Assembly (NCBI GenBank): GCA_043228905.1 | Contig: JBHGNT010000004.1 | Location: 20,584,001-20,648,000 of the forward strand | From: Azolla caroliniana | Lineage: Eukaryota; Plantae; Polypodiophyta | Reading direction: 5' to 3' | Length of the DNA stretch: 64,000 bases | In this document: positions 24,986-38,300 of the stretch, in pieces | How the letters are laid out: each line of letters opens with the position of its first letter | Position numbering within the stretch: the stretch's first letter is position 1 | The notes under the pieces: model-generated | What the model was told of the DNA's origin: nothing | The model's input: the letters and a program-made list of their open reading frames with translations, nothing else | Databases searched by the model: none | Made by a program: the position numbers and the translations under genes

Positions 24986-25975
24986 TGTCGTGAAGATCCG
25001 TCACTAAGCGTGGATCGCGAGGTAGAACCGTCGGGGTCCTGGACTGAAAGGATTCAAAGTTGGCACAAACTTTAGCGAGAAAGTATTTAAGATAATTTGA
25101 GAGAGAGAGTTTGAGATTAAACGCTTGACTTTAGATTGAGAAAGATTGATATGGCGAAAGAGAGAGATTAAGATTGAGCAATTGACTTTAGATTTAAGAA
25201 ACAAGTTACACAATCAATTCGATAACGAATTTTCTTCTCTTAATTTCATATAAAAAAAAGTACCTAACCCTTCTTCTTTTTCATCTCCTCTTTTATAGAT
25301 GCTCTCATGCATATGATGCATGTGATACATGTGAATCATGCTACTCATTCAAGGTCTCATGTATGAGAATTTACATGTAAAATTATAATGATAAAAATAT
25401 AATTTCAAGAAAATATCTTAGCTTAGTGGTAAGCCTATAGACTCTCAACTTGGAGGTGCAGGGTTCAAATCCACACTTGCACTCCTTGTGTATACATATA
25501 TATATATATTTATATATCTATCCGGTCGTCGTCTCGCCGGATGCCGCCGCCGGTCCTGTTTCAGTTGGCCAAAACTTGTAGCTAGGCCACACTCGTTCAT
25601 CATATTAACTTTGTTCAAGTCACTGTGAACTCTCTATGCTCCACACATAGACATAAAACTAATAGCTTTTGCTCTACTTTATATATTGTAGGGTCCTTGT
25701 TTGTCCTATCTATGTGGTATATCTCACAATTTTATTTTACTCTTCTTCCTTCTCATACTTCACTCCCACATAACTTGTCACTTAAATGTTTGTTTCTTAT
25801 GTGGTAAAGCACATTTGAAAGCTCTTGAAGACCTCCATCTTTTTGTACCTAGATATTAAACTTATTCAAAATATTATCTTCACTATTATTGTTTTGTTTT
25901 TTTCGTGAGAAGAGCCACACTCAATTTCGAATGTTCCTTAAAATTTCCACACTATCGCCGAAAATCTTCACGACA
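24986..25975 (-). repeat. 3' LTR of Gypsy H (990 bp)
   Basis: TGTCG...CGACA; repeat of 32264-33295 with a deletion of about 40 bp; contains (TA)n. Confidence 0.93.
25412..25485 (+). other. tRNA-like Pol III box A / box B module in the Gypsy H 3' LTR
   Basis: Box A TAGCTTAGTGG at 25419-25429; box B GGTTCAAATCC at 25462-25472, inside hairpin GGAGGTGCA...TGCACTCC; followed by (TA)n. Confidence 0.7.
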
Positions 25976-26092
25976 TCCACCCCTACCAAACCGCACGTCC
26001 TCCAGTACGTGCCAAGAAGAGAGAAAGTGAGATTTCGGCAGTAGTGATCAGTATGAATCCTCCACGTCCTCATTTACTTCTGTCCTACTATC

Positions 26093-29000
26093 TTAATCGT
26101 CGAGGTGATCGAGGATAGGATCCTCGTCTTGTCTTTTCTTGAAAATATTTACTCTTTTTCCCGCAATGGGTATGGCCAACCTTGATCCATCTAGCTCCAC
26201 AAGGTGGTGTGTGGCATTGTCGTTAGCACTTGTCACCACATATGGTCCAAACTATCTTCTTGCGAACATCCTTGTTGTACTGTGTTGATTGTCAAGGTTG
26301 TTGTCGTAGACCAATACCCAATCCCCTTCTTCGATCTTCTTGGGACGTAGTCGATGCGTCTTGTCGAACCAAATTTTGTTCTTTATTCGGGCTACCTCCA
26401 TCATCTTTCGCGTTTTTTCTAGATCTTCAGGTCTCCTTTCAAGTTGCCTTATCCGTGTCACTAATAACTCTTCCCGACTCATCTTGTTCTCCCATGGTAT
26501 CGCTACCCATGAGGCGATCGTCCTTTCGATGGGCATCACCGGCTTTTGTCCATACATAAGCTCTGTTGGCATATACCCTGTCACCGAGCTGTGTGTCATT
26601 CTATCGGCCCACAAGGCATAGGGCAATAGTCATGGCCAATTCCCGACTCATCCATTGCATGCTCGTACAATGGCTTTGACAATAGGTCCATGCCCTCGCC
26701 TGATCTTCCCATTTGCTTCCGGATTGTAGGCAGTCGTGGGGGAGAGCTTCACGCCTAGTCGTTCAAAAAGCTCCGTTGCTTCGTGTGCATCCAACTCCCC
26801 TCGATCAGTGACTATCTTCCCCACACATCTGTATCGGCAAACAACCTCTTCAAGTAGAAATTTGCAAAGAGCTGACGTTGTCTAATTCGTCACTTGGCCC
26901 TTCCTTCCACTTGATTTGTCAACTCTTCTATTGCAGCACTAAGTACTTCATTTGTCCCACTCCCATTGGCATCGAGACCAAATCCACCATCCATTTGAAG
27001 TGTATGGTGAGCGGGTATGTCGGTTGTAACTCATCATGATGACGTATATTCGAATGTACTTGGCAAGTTTCGCATGTGGACACGAAATGGAGTACATATT
27101 TGTACATGCTCGGCCACCAGTACTTTTCCTTCAACTTTTCGAACGTCGCCCATGTTCCTCTATGACCTGCCCAAGCACTCTCGTGGAATTCGGTCATCAG
27201 CGTCACTTGCTCTTCTTTTTTCACCACCACTTGACGTGGTATTCCTGTCCTTCCTTTTGGGTGTCGCCAAAGGAATCCTCCCTTCAAGAAGTATTGGTAA
27301 GCTTTCTTTCGGATTCGTAGGGCCTCCTCCTTCGTCAACGAAGCATCCGTCGTCATTGATCTTAGGAATTTGCCGATTAGTAACCACTCCCCTTCGTACT
27401 CGTACTCATCCTCGTTGAAGGCGTGGAAGGTTAGCATGTCCTTGTCTTTCGCCGATAATCGAGCCATCTTGAAGAAGTCGAGGGTGACAGCTTCATCTTC
27501 CGAAACCATGTCACTTTCATTCTCAAATCTTGCCCTTGACAGCATGTCAGCCATGGCGTTCTTCTTCCCTGCAATGTGACGGATCTCTAGGTTTAAAGAC
27601 TTTATATAGGCGATCCACCTTAGCATAGCTAGATCTGGGGTCGCACATCCCGAGATCATTCCGAGGATTGGGAGACAATCTGTCTCTATTATCACTTCCG
27701 ACTCGATCAAGTAATCTTTGTCTGTCTTCACTGCCGACACAATACCCCAAAGTTCCCAATTGACTTGGACGTATCTTTGTTGCCGTTCGCTAAGAACTTT
27801 TGCTCCGAATCGGATGGCATACCGCACATTATCTTCTCCTTCTTGGTTGATGACCCACCCGATTCCGGTTGGGCTCATATCTACAGTCACATAAATTGGC
27901 TTTCCTTCGGTATAATCGGACTTTCTTAGTGTTGGAGCTTCAAGAAATAGTTTCTTCAATCTTCGCATCACGTTCGTGTGCTCGTCACGCCATTCGAACT
28001 TCACTCTTTTCTTTAGCAATCCATATAAAGGTTCGGCGACATGGGCGTAGTGCGGAATCCAAATATGATAAAACGCGCATGCTCCAAGGAACCTTCGAAC
28101 CTCTGTTTGGTTTACGCATTCTTCTTTCATATCTTGGATCGTGTTAACCTTGGATGGCGAAGGCTTCCGGCCATATGCTCCACACAAGTGACCTACCACC
28201 AAGATCTTTAGTTGCCCGAATGCGGATTTTTCTCTCGAAAATGTCAAATTCGCATCTTCGAGCCTTTGAAGCACCTTCTCGCAATCTTTCATATGATCTG
28301 CGACGAACTTTCTACACCCTTCCTTATCTTTCGATTCATCTTTCTCCTCATCCGACATCCTTTTATCGGAATATCATCCAAGAATGGCATCGTGATGTCC
28401 GGGATACAATCCTTCAAGACTTTGTTCATGGCATTCACCATATGAGCCACTGAGTTCGTTGCGCCTTGAGGTAAGGTACACATCCGCGCAAGGCCAATCG
28501 GAGTCCTCATGGTTGTAATGTCACGACTATCGATCGCCAATTGGAATTGGTCATATCCGGAGTAGAGATCGCCAATGGAGTAGATGGATCGGCCTGCAAA
28601 CGCCTTGGTAAATTCATCCATGCTCGGACCGATTCTGGCATTTCGAATTATCACCTTCTTGACAGGTTGAAGATCTTGGATGAATCGCAATGATCCATTC
28701 TTCTTCGGGACCCTGAACGACCTATTGGAATAAGGAGCATTCGACGGTTCCAGAATTCCCAGATTCACCTTCTCCTTTAAGAGCTCAATCAGCTTTGGTA
28801 GGTGTGCTCTCAAAACCAGTATCGGTTTCAAATTGCAAGGCACATGCGGCACCGTGAAGATCACCATTGGTTCTTTCGTCCTTGGGTCAGCACATCCGAT
28901 TTCTCGTAGGAAAAATGCGAAATCCTTCCCATGCCTCTCAAGCATGTCGCGAAACATTCGCTGCTCTTCAGGGAGAAGGAAATCCTCCCTTCCAAATCGT

Positions 29001-32000
29001 AGCTTTCCCTTCGTCTCTTTGGTGAAGACATGAACTATTGTCTTTGGATCTCTTAAGCTTGGATCATTAGCGACTTCCTTCATCTTTTGCCAGCTATCTT
29101 CCAGTAGCGGAACTGCAACTAGCTTGACCTTCTTATCCACCGTTTTATATTTTGTGTTGACGTCAGCTTCCTTCATCAAGATGCTTCGATGATATTCATC
29201 GATGATAACATACATGTTGATGGAGCTAACCGAAATCACGTGATGATCGTGAAGATAGCTCAAGTCCACGACGTCCTCGATTTCGCCGATGGTATCGTTA
29301 AATGAGGCTTCTTCCATAATATGAGTCACGAACTCTTCTTCTTCTATTATGTTTTCTTCTTTCAACATCTTCTCGAAGTTTTGTATCCGATGCTTGTCCT
29401 TCTTGTCGGGTAGTACTAGTTTACATGCGCCAGTAGGTGTGGCACATGTTGCTTCTCCTCGCAATCCACGCGGTCTACTTTCTTGTGGGGACTTGTGATT
29501 GCTCGGACTATTTGTGCCCCATGCTTTGTTGAGAATCAAGCTCAACATAGCACAATGTGTGAACACACCTTTTGAGAATCTATGATTACTCAAAGGTCAA
29601 GAGTCACACCACTACTCTCTACACATTAACTATGTGTCATAAAATCATATTCTATGACACATAACTAATGAGTTACATATTCCCCATGACTATGAGTCTT
29701 CACATTCTCCAAGAGAGAGAGAGTGCTTGTTGTAAAGTTAATGAAGAGAGGGGGCGTCTATATAAAGCACCCTCCTCATATTTCATAAGAAGTTGGTTGT
29801 GACTCCTTGTTATGCTACATTTTGTAAATCTCATTCTACTTGTGAAATATCTTGAGTATTCTATTTTCCTATCATTTATATATCTTGAGTTCTCTCTTCT
29901 CTCCACTCTTCTTCTCTCACACATACGCACATAACACACAACTATTCCGCTACACAAGAATCATAATGATTCTTTACATGCTTCAATAGTCCGCTCTAAA
30001 AATCCGAGGATTTGCCTCAAAGACTATCTCGATTCCTTTCATGATTGGCTCGCACCGTTAGGAATTGGACCGATCATTGATTGTCAAGACTCTTTATTCA
30101 TGCGAAGGCTGCTCCATTATCAAACACTTTGGTCTCCATCCGAGATGATGTGATATACGGTTGTCCTAGGATGACAAGATGTGACGCCGATTCTTGCACG
30201 AAGAAGTGTTGATCCATCTCCACATCCCCGATCGTGACTTTAACATTGGGACAAGCTCCGTACAAGTCCTCTGTAGTCTTTGTTGCCACGCGAATCTTCC
30301 ATCCGTGATTTGTATTGATTGGCCATCTTCCTTTTCTGTAGAAGTCGGTTGACATGAGGTTGATCTCCGAGCCGTGGTCGATCAAGGCTACCACGGTCTC
30401 TTTCTTCTCCCCGATCTTCATCGGCGTCTCCGTTGTCGCTCGTGCCCAATGGGGTCGAGTATAGTGGTTGTCCACCATATCTTCATCGACTTCATCTCTT
30501 GCCATCATTATGGCATTCGTTTTTGCTTTTTGTGGCTTCTCTTCTTCCTCGTCCGATTGTTGTCTTTTTCTCTTTACAAGGTCCACGATTGTGTCATGGA
30601 AATCCTTCGTAATGCCAAGCAATTCCCTCAAGGACAAAGTCACGTGGCTATCAAGAACACATTATTCGAGAATATTCTTTAGGTCCGTCGTCTGCTCTAT
30701 GTCTGACCTTAGCTTATAGGTAGGCATAGCCCTTGTCCTCCGAGTGGGGTCTTCGACACCAACCTTCATGGGTTGTACGGTTTCTTCAACTCGTATGCTT
30801 GGCTCTCCTTTTCAGCTTGATTCTCGTTCCTCCATTTGTAAAGCTCGACTTGTCTCCGCATCTTCCTTCTTTTTCGCGTTCCTTGTTTCATGTCTTTTTG
30901 ATGGGCCTTGCTCTTCTATTCTTTTTCTCTTTTCTTCAACGAACACCTCGTGGTTGTCGCACATCACCTCCGCGAGTATGGTGTTGTCATCCACCGGATC
31001 CGACCATCTGGTTATACTTTGTACACTTCGATCCGCAAGCTCTACTTCGTTCGAAGTGACTTTTCCCTTCTTCTCATATTCGAGAACGGAAGTCCAAAAC
31101 TTTGCTCCCACTCTAGCAACTTCAGTCTTGTCTTTCCCGACTCTTATTCCGGCCGACGCAGCATAGCGCATCGCATCCACATGAGTCGCATCAGCATCCT
31201 CCATATCTTTCTTCATTCCTCCTCTTTTGAAATTCACCCGTAGGGGTCTTCTAGTCTCACTCGAGCAGATCATGTTGTCATCTATGTACACGATATTTTG
31301 TCGAATGGCGTCTCGAAGGCTCGAACAATCTCTTCTCATGTGGTCCATGCCATCGCACCACACGCATCTAAAGGGTTCTTTTCCTTTGGGCCCTCGACGA
31401 TTCATGTTGGCTAGCGTAACCATCTTGAACTTCTTCACCAGTTCTTCGATGATGTTCTCATCAATCGTCTTTTCTTCTAGGCTGCTTTGTTTGGGTAGCT
31501 CAACTACTTTCGGTTGTCTTGTTTTCTCCGCGACAGTCGAGCCCGCCAAGTCGGTGTCATCAACCCATTGACGACGTTTGTCGAGCCTATTGCATGCTTG
31601 CTTCACCGCAACCCAGTCCGCCACAAGCCCATTTTCTTGGGTATCGTCTTCGAGAAGAGTCCCCAATTCTCGTCTATCCTTCATGTCCACAGCTTTCAAA
31701 AAGTACAAAGTCTTGTCCTCCTCAAGCAGTACTTGGTCCATGTTGGGGAGACGACTAAACATTTGGTCGAACTCATCGTACACCCTCGAGGCGCTCATCT
31801 TCATATTTTTCTTTTCTATCCACTTCATCAGGGCATGTCGAGTCATCCTCGTTGAGTCTTTAGTCACAAACTCCGCTAATATCGCTTTCTCAAACTCGGA
31901 CCATGTTATCTTACCTTCTTAAAGCTCGATGACGCGTCTTTGGATGTTGTTGGCGACCACCCTCTTGAAACTCATGATTTGTCGTGCTTCAAACACGTCT

Positions 32001-32191
32001 CTTTGATTCGTCTCCTTTTTATATGCGTCAAGGAACTTCGTAACGTTCCTTCCATCCAATTGACCCTCGAGCTCAACGACACGGTCGACAGCCTTCTCCA
32101 CGCTCGCATCGTTGTCTCGAGATCTCATCATTTGTTCGACGATCAACATCATCCTTTCAAACTCTCCCACTTGGTTGCTTGAGGATGCCAT
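26093..32191 (-). pseudogene. gag-pol: Gypsy H gag-PR and pol, disrupted
   Basis: CVWCDGMDHMRRDC, ALIDHGSEINLM, DLYSGYDQF, PFLDDIP, HESAWAGH; gag ends G GAT TTT TAG at about 29996-30005; many stops and frameshifts. Confidence 0.9.
29527..29978 (+). mobile_element. Solo LTR (452 bp) inserted at the gag/pol junction of H
   Basis: TGTTG...TTACA; 5-bp TSD TGCTT (29522-29526 / 29979-29983); TATATAAAG near 29760. Confidence 0.88.
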
Positions 32192-32237
32192 CTCCAAGTA
32201 TCGGTTAATCCTCGATTTGATCCTTTCTACCGCCTCT

Positions 32238-32255
32238 TTCACGTCGGGTTCACCA
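32238..32255 (-). promoter_or_regulatory. Primer binding site, tRNA-Trp
   Basis: TGGTGAACCCGACGTGAA, 8 nt from the LTR end. Confidence 0.85.
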
Positions 32256-32263
32256 CTTAATTA

Positions 32264-33295
32264 TGTCGTGAAGATCCGTCACTAAGCGCGGATTGCGAGG
32301 CGGAACCGCCGGGGTCCTGGACCGAAAGGATTCGAAGTTGGCACAAACTTTCGCGAGAAAGTATTTAAGATAATTTGAGAGAGAGAGTTTGAGATTAAAC
32401 GCTTGACTTTAGATTGAGAAAGATTGATATGGCGAAAGAGAGAGATTAAGATTGAGCAATTGACTTTAGATTTAATAAACAAGTTACACGATCAATTCGA
32501 TAACGAATTTTCTTCTCTTAATTTCATATAATAAAAAAAGTACCTAACCCTTCTTCTTTTTCATCTCCTCTTTTATAGATGCTCTCATGCATATGATGCA
32601 TGTGATGCATGCTTGCCATTTGGCGCTCATGCGTTACATGTGATGCATGAGAATCATGCTACTCATTCAAGGTCTCATGTATGAGAATTTACATGTAAAA
32701 CTATAATGATAAAAATATAATTTCAAGAAAATATCTTAGCTTAGTGGTAAGCCTATAGACTCTCAACTTGGAGGTGCAGGGTTCAAATCCACACTTGCAC
32801 TCCTTGTGTATACATATATATATATATATTTATATATCTATCCGGTCGTCGTCTCGCTGGATGCCGCCGCCGGTCCTGTTTCAGTTGGCCAAAACTTGTA
32901 GCTAGGCCACACTCGTTCATCATATTAACTTTGTTCAAGTCACCTTGAACTCTCTATGCTCCACACATAAACACAAAGATAATAGCTTTTGCTCTACTTT
33001 ATATATTGTAGGATCCTTGTTTGTCCTGTCTATGTGGGATATCTTACAGTTTTATTTTACTCTACTTCCTTCTCATACTTCACTCCCACATAACTTGTCA
33101 CTTAGATGTCCGTTTTTTATGTGGTAAAGCACGTTTGAAAGATCTTGAAGACCTCCCTCTTTTTGTACCTAGATATTAAACTTATTCAAAATATTATCTT
33201 CACTATTATTGTTTTGTTTTTCTCGTGAGAAGAGCCACACTAGATTTCGAATGTTCCTTACAATTTGCACACTATTGCCGAAAATCTTTACGACA
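32264..33295 (-). repeat. 5' LTR of Gypsy H (1032 bp)
   Basis: Direct repeat of 24986-25975. Confidence 0.93.
32730..32803 (+). other. tRNA-like Pol III box A / box B module in the Gypsy H 5' LTR
   Basis: Box A at 32737-32747, box B at 32780-32790; identical by eye to 25412-25485. Confidence 0.7.
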
Positions 33296-33639
33296 TTGCA
33301 CCACCAAGCGGCAGAAGAAATCTGCGTAGATCGATCCTTTTCAAAGGTGATTCGGTGAGTGGCCGTGGAGTCACTCCGTGTGCAGCAAAATTCCCATCCA
33401 GATGAAGGAAGCAGTTTAAGTAGTCTGAGAGAAGCGGAATCCATCCTGCAAGCATTGACAGCGGGAGAAGGCGATTCAGAACCATTTTTGGCGCTTGAAT
33501 CGGATTCGAATGGCAATTACAACGCACATTCGAATTACCGCAACAATCACGACACCCTAGACGGACCGGAGGACAAGTAATCAGATAATATACCGACACT
33601 AGAACCGGCAATTACAGAACTGGAAGCTTCAGGAAGGCA

Positions 33640-33810
33640 CGAGGCAGATCAACCTCTGACACTGCCATGTGAGCCTCTGAAGGAGGAAGAGGAAAGACCT
33701 TCAACACCAGACATATAGGAGGAAAGACCTCTGACACCGCCTCTGAAAAAAGAGGAGGAAAAACCTCCGACACCACCTCCAACATAAGAGGGGGAGAGAC
33801 CTCCATCATC
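33640..33810 (+). repeat. Degenerate ~36-bp tandem repeats (GGAGGAAAGACCTCTGACACC...) in Gypsy G gag
   Basis: 4-5 diverged units that would encode a GG(K/R)PPTPP-type Pro-rich tract. Confidence 0.6.
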
Positions 33811-33841
33811 ACTAGCTCGAGTTCCAACACCGGACGACGAT

Positions 33842-34510
33842 ATGTCGTTCCAATATCCCAAGTACCGGGATGATCCGGACGTGGAAGCCCATGTGTATGC
33901 ATTTCTACAAACATGGGAAGCAAACCATGTGTTGCAATGCTTAAACGCCGTCGAAGCAGAACGATCGAAGATCATAGAGTTCGGCATGACTTTCGAAGGA
34001 CCAGCCGCGCGATGGCGCCTTACACACCTTCCCAGCACCATCACTACGTTTGAGGACTTGAAAACCATATTTTTACAATTCTTCAACAAGGAGGTGAATC
34101 AATGAGAGATGGTCAGCCTATTCAGCAATTCGTAATCCGGTTCTAGCGGATGCACATCCAACTATGTCGGGCACCACCAGAAGCAAAGGCTAAAGCAATA
34201 TTCCTAGCAGCACTCCGAGAACCCCTGCGTACGGTGTGCGCAATCATTGATTTCCACACTAGCACGATCGACCAGGTCATAGACCGGGTCAGGGAGATGG
34301 AGAAAACGAGTTCGTGGCTAACAATGGGGGCACTCTAGCGTACATTACCGACAGAAGAAGACCTACGTTTTCGGCAAGCTATACAATGTATGACTTGTCT
34401 CAATGCCAGGTACTCTGCAATAGAATGTACCATGCAGTCATAGTGCATGTTATGCCATTCCAGGTCGCACATAATGGACCGATGCGAATATAACTTACTA
34501 AACCAGCAAG
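33842..34510 (+). pseudogene. gag: Gypsy G gag core and decayed zinc knuckles
   Basis: YPKYRDDPDVEAHV..F..AARW..TTFEDLKTIFLQFF capsid-like segment; CxxC...CMLCHSRSHIMDRC; stops. Confidence 0.7.
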
Positions 34511-34543
34511 CGGCATCGGTAAGACAAATCGATACCTGCAACG

Positions 34544-34620
34544 ATGTTGGCATCGAGTCGAGGAATGTTGGCATCGAGTCGAGGAATGTTGGCATCGAGT
34601 CGAGGAATGTTGGCATCGAG
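34544..34620 (+). repeat. Perfect 21-bp tandem repeat ATGTTGGCATCGAGTCGAGGA, about 3.7 copies
   Basis: Read directly from the sequence. Confidence 0.95.
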
Positions 34621-34819
34621 ACACGCATTACTGGCCAGTACAGGATGTCTGATACAACGACAGAAGGGACACTTATGACTGGGACCGATACGACAGGTAT
34701 CGGGATCATAATGGTGACCGTTCTGATCGCGATCACTCTCCAAATTACAACCGGAGGGGAGAGGAACAACGCGGGGATTACGAAGATCGCCGCCGACAGG
34801 GATACAAGAACCACCGATG

Positions 34820-35375
34820 TGTTGAACAACAGTGCTCGGCCACCACCTAGTAGTAGGATCGATTCACAGAAAACGAGAAATACAAAAATGCACAAAGACA
34901 ACAGAGAGAAAGGTACACAGGATGTTTTACGTGGAAAACCCTAAATGGGAAAAACCACGGGAGTCCTCAAACTCCAACTATCACTATAAACAGAGGTGTA
35001 CTATGGTGAAGCTACAAGGCAACAACCTTGAGCTCACTGTCTTCGCCACAGGCGGCGGTAATACACAGAGACAACGACCTCTTCGTCTCTCTCTCTCTCT
35101 CTCGGCTGCTCTCACTTCGCAAACAAGAAAAATGAGCAACAACAAAAACTGTTTGCCCTAAGTCATATTTATACACATATGACTTTCGGGTTATTTACAA
35201 ATATAGCCTCAAGGGCCCTTGGTAAGCATATTCACAAATATGTCCCCGCATCCGGATCTCGCTCCGGGTACGTTCATCATCCGGCTCCGTAGCCGGGACC
35301 GTAACCGTAACCGTAACCGGGATTGCCGTCATTCATCTCCGGACATCCCATCCGGAGGGACCGAAAATCCCAACA
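34820..35375 (-). repeat. 3' LTR of Copia F (556 bp)
   Basis: Repeat of 39491-40074, lacking one 28-bp unit. Confidence 0.96.
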
Positions 35376-35385
35376 AACTCCCCCT

Positions 35386-38300
35386 TCACTTCGGCATGGG
35401 ATGTCTCTCCAATCCGATCCTCTTCCGGCATGCTTCCAGCTTGTCGGGTCTAAGTACCTTGGTCAGCATATCCGACCCGTTCTCGTTCGTGTGGATCTTC
35501 GTCATCACGAACTCCTTGTCTTCTATCCTTTCCCGGATCCAGTGGTATCTACGCTGGATGTGCTTCGTCCGGGAGTGATAGGCCGCATTCTTCGCAAGGT
35601 GGATGGCACTCTGACTGTCGCAGTAGAGTCGGTACTCCTCCTGCTGGATACCGAGCTCTCTAATGAAGTCCTTCATCCATATTATTTCTTTGCCGGCTTC
35701 AACAACCGCCATGTACTCCGCCTCCGTGGTTGACAACGCAACCGTCTTCTGCAGCCTCGACTGCCACGAAACAGCTCCCCCTGCATACGTCATCACATAC
35801 CCTGATGTGGACCGGCTAGTATCTGCATCAACCGACATATCCGAATCGGTAAAGCCGTCGAGTTCGGGCTTACCGTAGCCGAATCGGAGGCATACGTTTG
35901 CCGTGCCCTTCAGGTATCGGAGTATCCACTTGGCCGCGTTCCAGTGCTCTTTGCCGGGATTGCTCATGTACCGGCTCACCACTCCGACTGCATATCCTAT
36001 GTCCGGTCTTGTACACACCATTGCGTACATCAGGCTTCCGATGGCAGAGGCATATGGTACTTTCATCATGTCCTCCTTCTCGGCCTTTGTCTTGGGGCTT
36101 TGCTTGCTGGACAACTTGCAGTTTGCCGGGAGGGTCGATCCGACCGGTCTTGCTTCCGACATGTTGAACCGGTGAAGCACCTTTGTCACGTACTTCTCCT
36201 GTGACAGCCACAACTGCTTCTTCTTCCGGTCCCGGATGATGTGCATCCCTAGTATTTGCCTCGCCGGACCCAGGTCCTTCATTGAGAAGGTTCGGTGAAG
36301 CGCTTTCTTCAGCATCCGTATCTTGACCTGGTCCCGTCCGACGATCAACATGTCGTCCACGTACAGGAGGAGTATTAGAAAGTCTCCTCCTTCGAACTTC
36401 TTCACAAACACGCAGTGATCGGACTGCGTTTTGTGGTACCCTTCGTTGGTCATGAAAGAGTCGAACTTCCGGTACCATTGCCGGGGAGCCTGCTTCAGTC
36501 CGTAAAGGCTCTTCTTCAACCGGCATACCAGGTGCTCCTTCCCTTTCTTCTCGAATCCTTCCGGTTGCTGCATGTAGATCTCTTCTTCGAGGTCACCGTG
36601 AAGGAATGCTATCTTCACGTCCATCTGTTCTACCTCGAGGTCCATGCTTGCCGCTATGCTCAGCACCGTCCGGATGGAGGTCATCTTCACTACCGGGGCA
36701 AATATCTCGTCGAAGTCGACGCCCTTCTTTTGCTGGAACCCCTTCACCACGATCCTGGCTTTGTATCTCGGGGGGTTGCCGGCATCTCCCGGTTTCAGCT
36801 TGAACACCCACTTGTTTCGAAGTGCCCGTTTTCCTTTCGGCAACTCCACAAGTTCATATGTGTGGTTCTCATGCAGGGAATCCATCTCCTCCTGCATGGC
36901 ACTTAACCACCTGTGGCTATGGGTGTCAAGCTTTGCTTCTTCAAAACTCTCCGGCTCCCCCTCGTCGGTTAGCAGCACGTGCTCTGGTTCCAGAAATCTC
37001 CGGGGGGCCCTTCTCTCTCTTAGAGGATATCTCCGTTCCGGAGCTTCGGTAACCGGCTCATCCGTTTCCTCTTCATCCGAATCCATTTCGGGATCGGGGC
37101 CGGTTCCGGTATCAGTTTCATCTTCCTCGGCCGGTTCTGATTCTTCACCGTCTTCAGCCGGATCCTCGAGTGCTAACCGGTCCCTTGCCGGTCGGAACTG
37201 CTCTTCGTAGAGTTGATTCTCACCGGTCGACTTGGAGCTCTTCATCTTCTTCTCCGACTCCCAGTCGGCGAGTGTCTTGTCCTCCATGAAGATGATATCT
37301 CGACTCCTGAATATCTTCTTGTCGACCGGGTCCCATACTCGGTAGCCGAACTCGTCGTCGCCGTAACCGAGGAATATGCATGGCCGGGTCTTTGGATCTA
37401 ACTTTCCTCTCTGGTCCTTTGCCACATGCACGTATGCGAGACACCCGAACACCTTCAGATGCTGGTAGGATACTTCCCTACCGGTCCACACTCTCTGCGG
37501 CGTGTCTCCGTCCAAAGGTACTGAGGGTGATCTGTTTATCATGTATGTCGTCGTCGACATTGCCTCAGCCCAAAACCCCTTGGGTAATTTCGCATGCGCC
37601 AGCATACTCCGGACCCTCTCCATTATGGTCCGGTTCATCCTCTCGGCCAGCCCGTTCAGTTCCGGCGTCTTCGGCACAGTAAACTCGAGCCGGATTCCCT
37701 TCGAGCGACAGTACTCCTCGAACTGCCCCCGGTATTCCCCTCCGTTATCCGCTCGTATCGCTTTCAGCTCCTTGCCGGATTCCCTTTCCACTCTCGCGTG
37801 GAGTTCTTTGAAGACGGACAATACTTGGTCCTTTGTCTTCAACGGTGCCGTCCACAGCTTCCGGCTATGGTCGTCTATGAATGTCACGAAGTACTGGGCT
37901 CCGCCATGTGACTTCGTTTCTACCTGACACACATCAGTGTGCACCAACTCCAATGGTACACTACGTCTCGTCGGTGGCCTTGAGCGGAAGGAGGTCCGGT
38001 TTTGCTTACCGGCCAGACAGTCGGTACACTTCTCCAGGTGCACATGCTTCACTGGAATAAGGTTGTCTTCGGCAAGCCTCTTCATCCCCTTCTCACTCAT
38101 GTGGCACAGTCTCTTGTGCCACAGCTCACCGGCAGTGTCGGCTGCCACGTTCAGCTCCTCCGGACATAGCCGGGAATTCATCACGTACAGAGTGTTGACC
38201 TTCCGGGCCCGAGCCACTATCAGGCTCCCTTTGCTGAACTTCATGACACCGTTCCGGATGCTGCCCGTGTAGCCTTCATCGTCTAGCCTCCCGGCCGAAA

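Larger units (their letters stand above)
24986..33295 (-). mobile_element. Full-length degenerate Trp-primed Gypsy H (diverged, AT-richer subfamily)
   Basis: LTRs 24986-25975 and 32264-33295; PBS 32238-32255; PPT complement 25976-25984; no clean TSD (GCGT vs TTGC). Confidence 0.92.

Noticed and set aside
28289-29593. Novel N-terminus (MSNHRFSKG...) on H pol
   Set aside because: Derived from the solo LTR at 29527-29978
34447-34944. ORF with NVGIESR repeats as a repeat protein
   Set aside because: Produced by a 21-bp slippage duplication in a dead gag and read into the Copia F LTR
35298-35318. (CCGTAA)3 as an interstitial telomere repeat
   Set aside because: Not CCCTAAA; it is the LTR hexamer repeat seen as (CCGAAA)n in sister LTRs
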